From Phycisphaerales bacterium (GTDB lineage: Bacteria > Planctomycetota > Phycisphaerae > WQYP01): 50,112 nt of DNA. Numbering within the stretch: the stretch's first letter is position 1; the number at the start of each line of letters is the position of its first letter. The translations under genes and the position numbers were made by a program. The notes below the pieces were generated by a model. The model saw only the letters and a program-made list of their open reading frames with translations. It was not told where the DNA came from and made no database searches. Location of the stretch: NCBI GenBank assembly GCA_027366125.1, contig DAHXKZ010000125.1:1-50112 (forward strand), written 5' to 3'. Positions 38,060 through 46,312 of the stretch are shown here, in pieces.

Positions 38060-38180
38060 ATGTGGAACAGGGCACCGGGCTAAAGCCACGGTGCTATACC
38101 TTTTTCACGCGGCGCCGCGGACTGCGAACCCGCGTGGGTTTACGACGCGCACAACCGTAAGCAGAAGAAAAGGAGAAGAC

Positions 38181-38495
38181 GTGAACAAAAAGGACCAAGC
38201 CGTTATTGACAATCTTCTACGCCCCAGCGCCCAGCAGCACGCTGCACTGAACCGTTTCACCGCGTGGGCGATGATTTGTGTGGGCTGTTTGGAGGGCGCC
38301 GTTGCGGGAATTCGCTTCTTATCCGGCGGCGCCATACCGGCACAACCGCTGTGGTCGAGCATCGCCGCGGGCGCCGTTGGCGTGATGTGGCTTTTGATTC
38401 TGCGCTACCAGCGGATCATCGCGGAGCTCGCGCGGACTGGGGGAGGCTGCGGCGCGCCGGCTGCGGGGGCAGTTTCGCCGCCTCCCAACCCGTGA
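38181..38495 (+). CDS. Hypothetical small membrane protein
   Basis: AAGGAG lies 7 nt upstream of GTG 38181. It has two hydrophobic helices (FTAWAMICVGCLEGAV, IAAGAVGVMWLLIL). Confidence 0.55.
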   Translation: MNKKDQAVIDNLLRPSAQQHAALNRFTAWAMICVGCLEGAVAGIRFLSGGAIPAQPLWSSIAAGAVGVMWLLILRYQRIIAELARTGGGCGAPAAGAVSPPPNP

Positions 38496-38595
38496 GCACC
38501 CCGACGCCGTCGGCGGCAACCATTGGTTCACGGGGAACGGCGGCGCTACACCCGCCACCGCTCCGGCGTGCGGGCAGGTACGCCCCCTGGCACTT

Positions 38596-40167
38596 TTATT
38601 GGGCCTGCGGGCTCGGCGGCTGCGCCGCGCGCAAGGTTTCCAGCGTAATAATATTCAATTCCGATGGCGGCACGGCGGGGTTGGCCCGTTTGCGGCCACG
38701 CTTTTTTTTCGGTGCGGCCCGGCCTTCGCCCACGCTTTGTTCAAACTGCCGCTTTGATATCAGCAAATGGTGGTAATTTTGCGCGAACCGGTGCGCCTCA
38801 TCCCGAATATACTGTAAAAGTTTCAGGCCGTGATTGGTACGCGAAAGCTTCAGTGGCTCGGCCCGACCCTGCACATAAACTTGCTCTTCACGTTTCGCCA
38901 GGCTGATCACCATGGGAGGCCGCATTTCCATGGCGCCAAACGCCTCCTGTGCCGCGTGCAATTGGCCCAGACCGCCGTCGATTAAAATCAGATCAGGGTA
39001 CAGTTCCTGGTTCTGCCCCGCATCGCGGTAGCGCCGGGACGCCACTTCCTGAATTGATTTGTAATCATCAATGCCAGCGACAGCCTTTATACGAAATCGC
39101 CGATACCCATTCTTGAACGGCCGCCCATCAATGAAACACACCAGTGACCCCACCGTGGCCTCGCCCTGAAAATGGGCGATGTCAATGCCTTCGATGGAGC
39201 GTATTGGTTCGGGCATCTCCAACAATTCCTGCAATTGCTTGAGCCCCGCCTGATGGTCGCGGAAAAATACCTCCGGCTGCAGGTCCTGCCCCGAACTGCC
39301 CCGATCGGCCAGCGATTCCAACGCCCGGATCTGATCCCGCAGCGCGGCCGCTTTTTCAAATTCCAGCGCCGCCGACGCCGCCTCCATTTCGCGCGTCATT
39401 TCGCGCAGCGCGTCGCTGCGTTTGCTGTCAAGAAATCTCCGCAGTCGGTCAATGTCTTCGCGGTACGCCTCGGGTGAAATTTTCCCGGCGCACGGCGCCG
39501 TGCATTGCCGGATGGCGTACAACAGGCACGGTCGAAAATAGCGCAGTCGCGGATCATCGGCTTGGATGTCCAAATGGCAGGTGCGAAACTTAAACACCCG
39601 CTGCAAATGCGTCACCGCCTGCCGCAGGCCGTAAACGCTGGTGAACGGGCCGTAGAGTTTCACGCCGGAAGTTGCCGGCTGGCGCGTGATCGAAATGCGG
39701 GGATAATCCTCCCGCGTGGTAATTTGCAAATAAGGAAAGCTTTTGTCATCGGTCAGGCGGGCGTTGAAGCGCGGCTGAATGTCCTTGATCAGCCGGTTTT
39801 CCATCAACAGGGCTTCCACTTCCGTTTCGCATGGCAGCGTGTCGAAGTCCACCACATAATCCAACAACATGCACTTCACGGGGCCCAGATCGGCCGAGGG
39901 CACAAAATAACTGCCCACGCGGTCGCGCAAGCAGCGCGACTTGCCCACGTAAATCACCACGCCGCGCAAATCTTTCATAAGATAAACGCCGGGCGTGTCG
40001 GGCAAAGCTTTGGCCTTTTCACGTAGTCGTGACAGGCGCGTGGAATCCGGCTCGGTGGGCCGGGGTAGCGCAGCCTCCCCTTGCCGCTGTTCCACCAGGG
40101 TATCCTGATCGAACTCGGCTGCTAAATCGGCGTCCAGTGCCACATCTTGAAGCGGATTTTCAGACAT
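38596..40167 (-). CDS. uvrC: Excinuclease ABC subunit C (short form without the C-terminal HhH domain)
   Basis: GIY-YIG (GVYLMKD...VIYVGKS), a UVR motif (FEKAAALRDQIRALE) and an RNase H-like endonuclease region (IEGIDIAHFQG). It ends in a basic tail, PKKKRGRKR. Confidence 0.85.
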   Translation of the reverse strand: MSENPLQDVALDADLAAEFDQDTLVEQRQGEAALPRPTEPDSTRLSRLREKAKALPDTPGVYLMKDLRGVVIYVGKSRCLRDRVGSYFVPSADLGPVKCMLLDYVVDFDTLPCETEVEALLMENRLIKDIQPRFNARLTDDKSFPYLQITTREDYPRISITRQPATSGVKLYGPFTSVYGLRQAVTHLQRVFKFRTCHLDIQADDPRLRYFRPCLLYAIRQCTAPCAGKISPEAYREDIDRLRRFLDSKRSDALREMTREMEAASAALEFEKAAALRDQIRALESLADRGSSGQDLQPEVFFRDHQAGLKQLQELLEMPEPIRSIEGIDIAHFQGEATVGSLVCFIDGRPFKNGYRRFRIKAVAGIDDYKSIQEVASRRYRDAGQNQELYPDLILIDGGLGQLHAAQEAFGAMEMRPPMVISLAKREEQVYVQGRAEPLKLSRTNHGLKLLQYIRDEAHRFAQNYHHLLISKRQFEQSVGEGRAAPKKKRGRKRANPAVPPSELNIITLETLRAAQPPSPQAQ

Positions 40168-40250
40168 TTGCCGTGATTATAGCAAGGCTGTCGGCGGCTG
40201 GCGCGGCATCGGTGCGTCAGGTCGACAGGCCAGCGCCGAAGCAAGCAAAA

Positions 40251-41279
40251 TCAGCGTGGCTTGGTGGCCAGGATCAATGGCGATGGGCTCGGTGCGGAAA
40301 GCAAGCGTGGGTTCGTGAAGCCCGCGTCCTGTAGCCATCCGCTGATTTCCGTAAACGAGTAGGTGCTGCCTTCATCGCTATTCACCAGCATATTGACGGC
40401 AAAAATCATCGCGAATGCAGGCCCTGTGCGCCGGTCGTTGGCCACCATTTCCGCAATGGCCACCGTGCCTCCGGGGGCCAGCGCATCGAACACTTTTTGC
40501 AGCAGGCGTCGGCTATTGGGCTCGCCTTCGCTGTGCAGGATGTGACCGAGAATGGCAACGTGATAGCCGTGGCCAAACGCGACGTCGTTAATGTCGCCAT
40601 CAACATAAGAAAATTGTTCCGATACCCCGTGGCGCTTGGCAACGCGCCGCGTTACCGGCAGCACGCGGGGCCAATCGACTGCAGTTACAGATACGTTCTT
40701 CGATGCCTGCGCCAGCGCCACCCCCCACACTCCCGAACCGGCGGCGATGTCAAGCACTTTCACGGGTTCAGGAGCATCGGCAAGTTTCAATGCCGCGGCC
40801 AGCGTTTGTGCGACGCGGTAATTCACGGGGAACAGGGCCTCGACAAATTCTTCGAAAAAGGCCGCTCCTTCTTCCTGCGTATTAACTGCTCTCGCAGGCT
40901 TGCCAGTGCGTAGGATGTCGCTCATTTGCATCCAATTGGGCAGCAATTGCGTCACGGTGTGCATGAGCAGAGCGCCGTAATAGGCGGGTTTTCCCCGCAC
41001 CAGAAACGTGGAGCTTTCCGGCGTGAGGGCATAGCGATCTGCTTGGTCCTTGGTGAGAAGTTCCAACGCAACGAAGGCATTCATGACCGCGCGCAGCCCG
41101 CGAATGGATGCACCGGTCTCATGACTGACCTGTTCCAGCGTTTTGGGCCCAGAATCCAGCACATCAAAGACGCGTTCGCGTACGGCAGCTTCCAGCATCA
41201 ACGGGGCAGAGTAAGCGAATGCCATCTGCATAATGCGTTCGGGCGTGACGGGCGTGGCGGGAGTTGCGGTTTCCGGCAT
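40251..41279 (-). CDS. O-methyltransferase, family 2 (dimerisation + SAM domains)
   Basis: LFDVLDSGPKTLEQVSHETGASIRGLRAVMNAFVALELL then VLDIAAGSGVWG...FDALAPGGTVAIAE. Confidence 0.8.
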   Translation of the reverse strand: MPETATPATPVTPERIMQMAFAYSAPLMLEAAVRERVFDVLDSGPKTLEQVSHETGASIRGLRAVMNAFVALELLTKDQADRYALTPESSTFLVRGKPAYYGALLMHTVTQLLPNWMQMSDILRTGKPARAVNTQEEGAAFFEEFVEALFPVNYRVAQTLAAALKLADAPEPVKVLDIAAGSGVWGVALAQASKNVSVTAVDWPRVLPVTRRVAKRHGVSEQFSYVDGDINDVAFGHGYHVAILGHILHSEGEPNSRRLLQKVFDALAPGGTVAIAEMVANDRRTGPAFAMIFAVNMLVNSDEGSTYSFTEISGWLQDAGFTNPRLLSAPSPSPLILATKPR

Positions 41280-41413
41280 GGGACGCTCCTTTTTTTCGCA
41301 ATATGGGAAGATTACCCCGAAATTTAGGCGGGAGTCAAGTGGCGTGTTGGGAATTTTTGGCGAGCAAATTCACCGGCGTTTTGCGGCGCAACCGGCCCTA
41401 CTTTGAAATGCCC

Positions 41414-42085
41414 TTATACCGGCAGCGCTTCGGCTCTTCCCTCCGGCGGCGTGATGACACGCGCCGTGGCGCCCTGTTTTTGCAGATGCACAATCTGGAA
41501 CAACCCCGGCCCACATTCAACTGCCCCATGCACGCCCACTTCTTGCAAAAGCTCCGCCACAGAAAGATCGGACCGCCAGCCCAGCTTGCGGCACAGCGGG
41601 TCCACCGCTTTTTCCAACATCCCCAGCACCGGCCATTCACTGCGAAAATGATTCACCAGCACGATCCGCGCGCCGTTGCGGCACACGCGGATTGCCTCAC
41701 GCAACGCCAAGGCGGGGTTCGGTACAGTCGAAATGACATGGCTCATTACCAAGCCGTCGAACGCGCCATCAGCGAACGGCAAACATAAAGCGTCGGTCTG
41801 AATCAGTTCAACCGCGGCGCCGATGTTCTTCTGCGAATCGCCCGCCGCTTTTTTCGCGGCTTCGCGCAACATGCCCGCGGAAAGATCAATTCCCACCACG
41901 CGCACGCCCGACGCATAATATGGCAAAGAAAGCCCGGTGCCCACGCCCACATCCAGCACCAGGCTGCCGGGCCGAAAGCGGGCATCCGCCAAACCGGTGG
42001 CCATGCAGCGTTTGAATACAAACTCGAACCCGTCGTAGAAACGGGCGTAAACATCATAGATGCGCTGAGCAATGGGTCGAGCCAT
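41414..42085 (-). CDS. Class I SAM-dependent methyltransferase (Methyltransf_11-like)
   Basis: VLDVGVGTGLSLPYY...VVGIDLSAGML...FDGLVMSHVI. Confidence 0.8.
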   Translation of the reverse strand: MARPIAQRIYDVYARFYDGFEFVFKRCMATGLADARFRPGSLVLDVGVGTGLSLPYYASGVRVVGIDLSAGMLREAAKKAAGDSQKNIGAAVELIQTDALCLPFADGAFDGLVMSHVISTVPNPALALREAIRVCRNGARIVLVNHFRSEWPVLGMLEKAVDPLCRKLGWRSDLSVAELLQEVGVHGAVECGPGLFQIVHLQKQGATARVITPPEGRAEALPV

Positions 42086-42582
42086 GATTTCCTCTCGCTA
42101 CCGCGAACACGAAAATAGTAGCAACGGCGGGACCAAAACAACAGGGTCTGCCGATTTTTGCCACGCAGCAGCTTGGCTGTAACTGTTGCGCTGTGCGCGC
42201 TTCAGGCAAGGATTCGTTACCGGAACACGCCGCAAACCGCTTGAAAAATAAATCTTTTGACGTGCGTTCGATTGAATCGTACATCTGATACATGAGACAT
42301 GCGATGCGGTTGCAGTGATGCGGCCCGTCGCAGGGATTCAGACTGCCGCCAGGAGAGAGAGAGAGTTGGCTGGCAGGAAAAAGGGAAAGAAGGGCACGGC
42401 GTTGGCCGCCCCGCGTAATGCGGGCCAACGCCGGAATAAACTGCCCTGGATCGGGGCCCGTCAGGTTTGCCTCCCCTGGCGGGCCCACCCTTTTTTATGA
42501 TTGTAATTGTATGGGGTGGTGGATTGGTCGCACCGGTGACGGTTCATGTGGGGCGTTGTGTACCTTAATTCGATTCCGTCGT

Positions 42583-43182
42583 TCAAAAGTAGCCCTGCTT
42601 TAAGACATTATTTTCTTCCGGTTTGTCAATTCCGAATAAGCCGGTCAGATGATTAACAAAACGCAGGAACATTTTTGGATTAAATGGGTTGTCCTGGAGA
42701 AACCTGATAAATCCGTCGCGACCGGCCTTGCGACCGGCAAATGTACTAAAGCCTTCGCGCACGTTCGATGCCATTCGCTTCTGCTTCCGCAAGATAATAA
42801 CTTCGTCTATGTCCGTGGGAGCCGTGCTTTGTGGCGTCATGTCCAGCCACTCGCACAGCAGGTAATATTTTGATCCAGTGACGGCGGCTTTCGTGTCGTG
42901 GGCGCTGGCCACCGCTTCCTGAAACATGGTCTTGTCCAAGTTTGTCTTGCATTCAGCGCAAACATAGCCAAGATAAAATGCAGTGGACGTGACTTCCTTA
43001 AATTCCCTGTCATGTGACGCCTGAATGTAAACAGTTCGGCTGATCGCGAAATCCTGGTTCTTGGAGCGCACCGTGATCCCGCCGCCTTTCGCCGGGGCAT
43101 CCAAGCTTGAGGCAAAATAGATAGATGAGAACGTGTTGTTTGGCCCCAAAAAAAGTCCGGGGTCGGCCTTGCCCTGTATCAC
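42583..43182 (-). CDS. PD-(D/E)XK-like protein, candidate restriction endonuclease; 5' end abuts or is cut by the IS
   Basis: VYIQASHD ...19 aa... FYLGYVCAECK has the beta-strand-D / beta-strand-E-x-K spacing. The first 8 codons of track ORF 42583..43206 are IS terminal-repeat sequence. The segment is AT-richer than its flanks. No family is recognised by eye. Confidence 0.4.
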   Translation of the reverse strand: MIQGKADPGLFLGPNNTFSSIYFASSLDAPAKGGGITVRSKNQDFAISRTVYIQASHDREFKEVTSTAFYLGYVCAECKTNLDKTMFQEAVASAHDTKAAVTGSKYYLLCEWLDMTPQSTAPTDIDEVIILRKQKRMASNVREGFSTFAGRKAGRDGFIRFLQDNPFNPKMFLRFVNHLTGLFGIDKPEENNVLKQGYF

Positions 43183-43183
43183 G

Positions 43184-44505
43184 CACTTGCTAAGGGCCTG
43201 TGCCAAAATAAATGTTACACTTCGTCATTTTCTTATTTGGATTTCCCGACGATGGTGTAGTTCCATTTTGGGTGCGTTTCGTGGGGTTCAAGACGCACGG
43301 TTTTCATTTGTTGATTGCTAATCTTGGTCTTCGTGGCATAAGCCTTGGCGTCCAACCGCGCCGCGATTTTCAATCCCTGTCGCGTGGTCGTGGCGCCGAT
43401 TAAGTTCACCACCGCCTGATAGCTGACCAGAGGCTCTCCCGCCCAATTCATGCTGATATGGCTGAACATGCGATGTTCAATCTTGTTCCACTTGCTTGTC
43501 CCCGGCGGATAATGGCACACGGTGATCGGAATCCCCAATTCATCGGCCAACTGCTGGAGGTGATATTTCCAGCCACGCGCGCGACTGGAATTGCTGCCGC
43601 CGCCATCGGCGCACAAGAGCAATGACCTGGCTTTAGGGTAATGGGTTTTGCCCAGCAGTTTCCACCAGTTCCGCAGGCTCTCCACGGCGAACTCCGCCGT
43701 GTCGTGGGTCATGCCCACATTCACGAAGCCTTCGTTCCGTTCTTCGTCGAATGCCCCGTAGGGAATCGCCGGGCCTTTGCCCAGATGCTTAAAGTCATAA
43801 GTATTCACTTCCTTCGGCCGGCCCTTGCGTCGATAAGCCCGGCCAGCATTGCGGAAAAGGCCCACCTGCTCCTTTTTCTTGGTATCAATGGACAGCACTG
43901 GCTCGCCCCGGCCCACCCGTTCCTGGACTTGCCGGTTGATATAGCGGAACTGGGCGTCACGCTGCGCCGGAGACGTGCCTTCCAACGTCTTGACATTCAC
44001 TTGCAAGGAATAATCCATTTCCGTGAGACGCCGGGCCACCGTTCGGTAGCTCACCGGGTGATTTCCGGTGGTCAGTTCCCTGGCGATCTGCCGCGTTGAC
44101 TTGTGCGTCCAACGCAACAGGCTCATGGGATCGCCCGCCGTATTTTCATCCATGATTTTTTCCAGGGCTCTGGTCAGTCCCGCGTCATGTTTTTCCAACG
44201 ATTTGCGCCCACCGCCCGATCGCCGAACCCGGCCATCGGCCGCCAAATCCTTCCCCGCCTTGAGTTCGCGAATCCCGCGCATAATGCGCGGCCGTGACAT
44301 GCCCGTAAGTTTATGCATGGCCGCAACGCCACCCCTTCCCAGCGCCACGGCCTCCGCGGCCACATACCACCGCGCCTGCGCCTCGTTGAGCGTCCTAAGT
44401 AATTTCAGTTTCATCATCTTTGCAATGTCCGTCCGCATGCATTATATTATCGGACGGGAGAAGTGCTAATGTATTGTTTAATTTGGCACAAGCCCTAACA
44501 AGGTG
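43184..44505 (-). mobile_element. ISAzo13-family (IS630-superfamily) insertion sequence, apparently intact
   Basis: Imperfect terminal inverted repeats: CAC-TTGCTAAGGGCCTGTGCCAAAATAAA (from 43184) versus the reverse complement of 44505 downward, CACCTTGTT-AGGGCTTGTGCCAAATTAAA. They enclose one 401-aa transposase ORF. Ends are accurate to about +/-10 nt. Confidence 0.8.
43233..44438 (-). CDS. ISAzo13-family DDE transposase
   Basis: SIDTKKKEQVGLFRNAGR, LLLCADGGGSNSSRARGWKYHLQQLADELGIPITVCHYPPGTSKWNKIEHRMFSHISMNWAGEPL, HPKWNYTI. Confidence 0.9.
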   Translation of the reverse strand: MRTDIAKMMKLKLLRTLNEAQARWYVAAEAVALGRGGVAAMHKLTGMSRPRIMRGIRELKAGKDLAADGRVRRSGGGRKSLEKHDAGLTRALEKIMDENTAGDPMSLLRWTHKSTRQIARELTTGNHPVSYRTVARRLTEMDYSLQVNVKTLEGTSPAQRDAQFRYINRQVQERVGRGEPVLSIDTKKKEQVGLFRNAGRAYRRKGRPKEVNTYDFKHLGKGPAIPYGAFDEERNEGFVNVGMTHDTAEFAVESLRNWWKLLGKTHYPKARSLLLCADGGGSNSSRARGWKYHLQQLADELGIPITVCHYPPGTSKWNKIEHRMFSHISMNWAGEPLVSYQAVVNLIGATTTRQGLKIAARLDAKAYATKTKISNQQMKTVRLEPHETHPKWNYTIVGKSK

Positions 44506-44514
44506 CGGGAGGAA

Positions 44515-44754
44515 CTAATCAATAACGCTGTTGTCGAGTTTTGTTTGGCCTTTCTGCCGATAGAGAAAGTCCGCTTCCCTGTCGAAAATTACTTCCACAT
44601 CCAGATAAAGACGGTAATCGTTGAGCAAGTCTACTAATTTATTAACCCGATCCTCAACGGTTCGCCCCTTCACGTTTTGCAATTGTTTTACCCACCTGGT
44701 ATTTGGCGACGGCGGCTTCAAGAACAGGTTTATCCTTTGACGGTAGCTTGTCAT
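44515..44754 (-). CDS. Hypothetical 79-aa protein between the methyltransferase and the IS
   Basis: An ATG ORF in an AT-rich segment with no clear SD. The product MTSYRQRINLFLKPP...DYRLYLDVEVIFDREADFLYRQ is unrecognised. It stops 9 nt before the IS end. Confidence 0.35.
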   Translation of the reverse strand: MTSYRQRINLFLKPPSPNTRWVKQLQNVKGRTVEDRVNKLVDLLNDYRLYLDVEVIFDREADFLYRQKGQTKLDNSVID

Positions 44755-44799
44755 TTGCTATGGCGGCGGTGAGTTTATCTAAATGGGGCGTCGGCAGGG

Positions 44800-46044
44800 T
44801 CATTTTTTCTCCGGAATTTTGGCGTCGGGTAAATGGTAGAGCGACGAAGGCTTGATCTCCTGCAACCTGCTGATCGCGTCCTCCAAGTCAGCCAGGGACT
44901 CGTGAGGACAAAAGGCGATTGCGGCATTGAGAACGTCGCGCGCAATGTCAATCGGACGATCGCGGGGCGCAAGGGTTGCGCCGGGCCTGAAATGGATTAT
45001 TTCTTCATAAATACGTGCGCCAAACCTATTTGTAAAAACGCGTTCTTGCCGGGATTCCGCGGTCAACCCCGCGCAACGAACGCCCAGACGGGCCACAATC
45101 TCCCCATTAAAAAACCGCGTTTTTAGGACATTGGATTCCCTTCCCACCACGCATATGAGTCGCGCGGACCGCTTGCAGACCCGATGCATCTCGACTAATG
45201 CCTGTGTGATATCGAGGCAGTATTCGGCCACGGTAAGGAACCGGTTGCCCCGGTTCTTCCGATTCGACCCAATCTCGGATCGCGCAACGTGCAGCGCATC
45301 GCATCCGAGGGCCTCTACGGAGGCTCGGTATTGTTGATGGTAGTTGAATACGTTGATGTAAGGGGGCGATGTGATGACCAGATCAACGACCGCCGACGGC
45401 AGCGGTAACTGTCGCGCATCGCAGTTCACCGGTTCTGTCGGCCTTGTCGAAAAAGGCAGGCCCGCCACGGTAAGCGCGAGCTTGTTCCATGTGTCCAATA
45501 TCCGCCGGGGCGTAAGGCCGGGCTTGTAAAAATCCAACAGTACAATCAGTGATTCTAGCAGTTTGCCCGCCGGCGAATGTGTGGAGGCGCCGGACCAGAG
45601 CGAGAGCAGCGCCTCTTTTGCCGACGCATTCTCCGAATCATTGCTGTTAGAAAATAAAGCTGTGGCGTTGAAGGCGCGGCAAAGACCGTCGCCAACTTGT
45701 TCCAAAAGCGCCCGTCGGGCCTGCGGTGAGAAATTTACGAAGGCGTAAACCTGCGCCATTTTGTACGCGGCGGGATTAATCTCCGCGTCGAACGCCCTCC
45801 GGTTCAATCTGCCAGCTTCCACCAGAACCGTTCCGCTGCCCATGAACGGATCGAGCACGAAGTCGCCCCGTCCGCCGTATGTGTCCAGAAACGCATGAAC
45901 GAGCTGCGGGGAGAATTGCCCCTTCCAAGGAAACAAGTTACTGCGAACTTTTCCCGCGATGTTTAGGCGGTCTTGGCTGAGCGTGTGGTCATCCCGGGGT
46001 ATGCCTTGCAGTAGTGCCGCACGGGATAGGGTGCTTTCCGCCAT
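44800..46044 (-). CDS. DNA amino-methyltransferase (N6-adenine or N4-cytosine)
   Basis: AdoMet motif VLDPFMGSGTVLVEA near residue 65 and the catalytic tetrapeptide in VDLVITSPPYINVFNY near residue 225 (alpha-type motif order). Confidence 0.8.
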   Translation of the reverse strand: MAESTLSRAALLQGIPRDDHTLSQDRLNIAGKVRSNLFPWKGQFSPQLVHAFLDTYGGRGDFVLDPFMGSGTVLVEAGRLNRRAFDAEINPAAYKMAQVYAFVNFSPQARRALLEQVGDGLCRAFNATALFSNSNDSENASAKEALLSLWSGASTHSPAGKLLESLIVLLDFYKPGLTPRRILDTWNKLALTVAGLPFSTRPTEPVNCDARQLPLPSAVVDLVITSPPYINVFNYHQQYRASVEALGCDALHVARSEIGSNRKNRGNRFLTVAEYCLDITQALVEMHRVCKRSARLICVVGRESNVLKTRFFNGEIVARLGVRCAGLTAESRQERVFTNRFGARIYEEIIHFRPGATLAPRDRPIDIARDVLNAAIAFCPHESLADLEDAISRLQEIKPSSLYHLPDAKIPEKK

Positions 46045-46312
46045 TCAATGCATCCACACAGGATCAGACTTCGCGATTCAAGAACACAGGAAGACCCTGG
46101 TAAGGCGTTCAAGGCATGAAAACACATTGGGCACGCCATCTTCATCGTGCCGTCAGACCAAGCGCACCGCGTCTACGGAGACGATAACATGCCGTCGGTC
46201 AGCCTGCGAGTGTGGAGGCCTTTTCTTTCGCACGCGCCACGGCGCCCTTAACATCGCCCATGCCTGCGACCCTTTGCTTGCCCGCCTTGCCCTCGCGGCG
46301 TATTGTTCCGGC

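Noticed and set aside
42560-42582. tRNA T-loop-like string TTCGATTCC, a possible tRNA or att remnant at the island edge
   Set aside because: No acceptor, D or anticodon arms can be drawn around it. I could find no matching direct repeat at the other island edge (46.05-46.31 kb).
45959-46312. N-terminal extension of the aldo/keto reductase ORF (449 aa in the track)
   Set aside because: The extension overlaps the 5' end of the methyltransferase on the other strand and is Arg/Cys-rich. The conserved AKR N-terminus begins right after ATG 46313.
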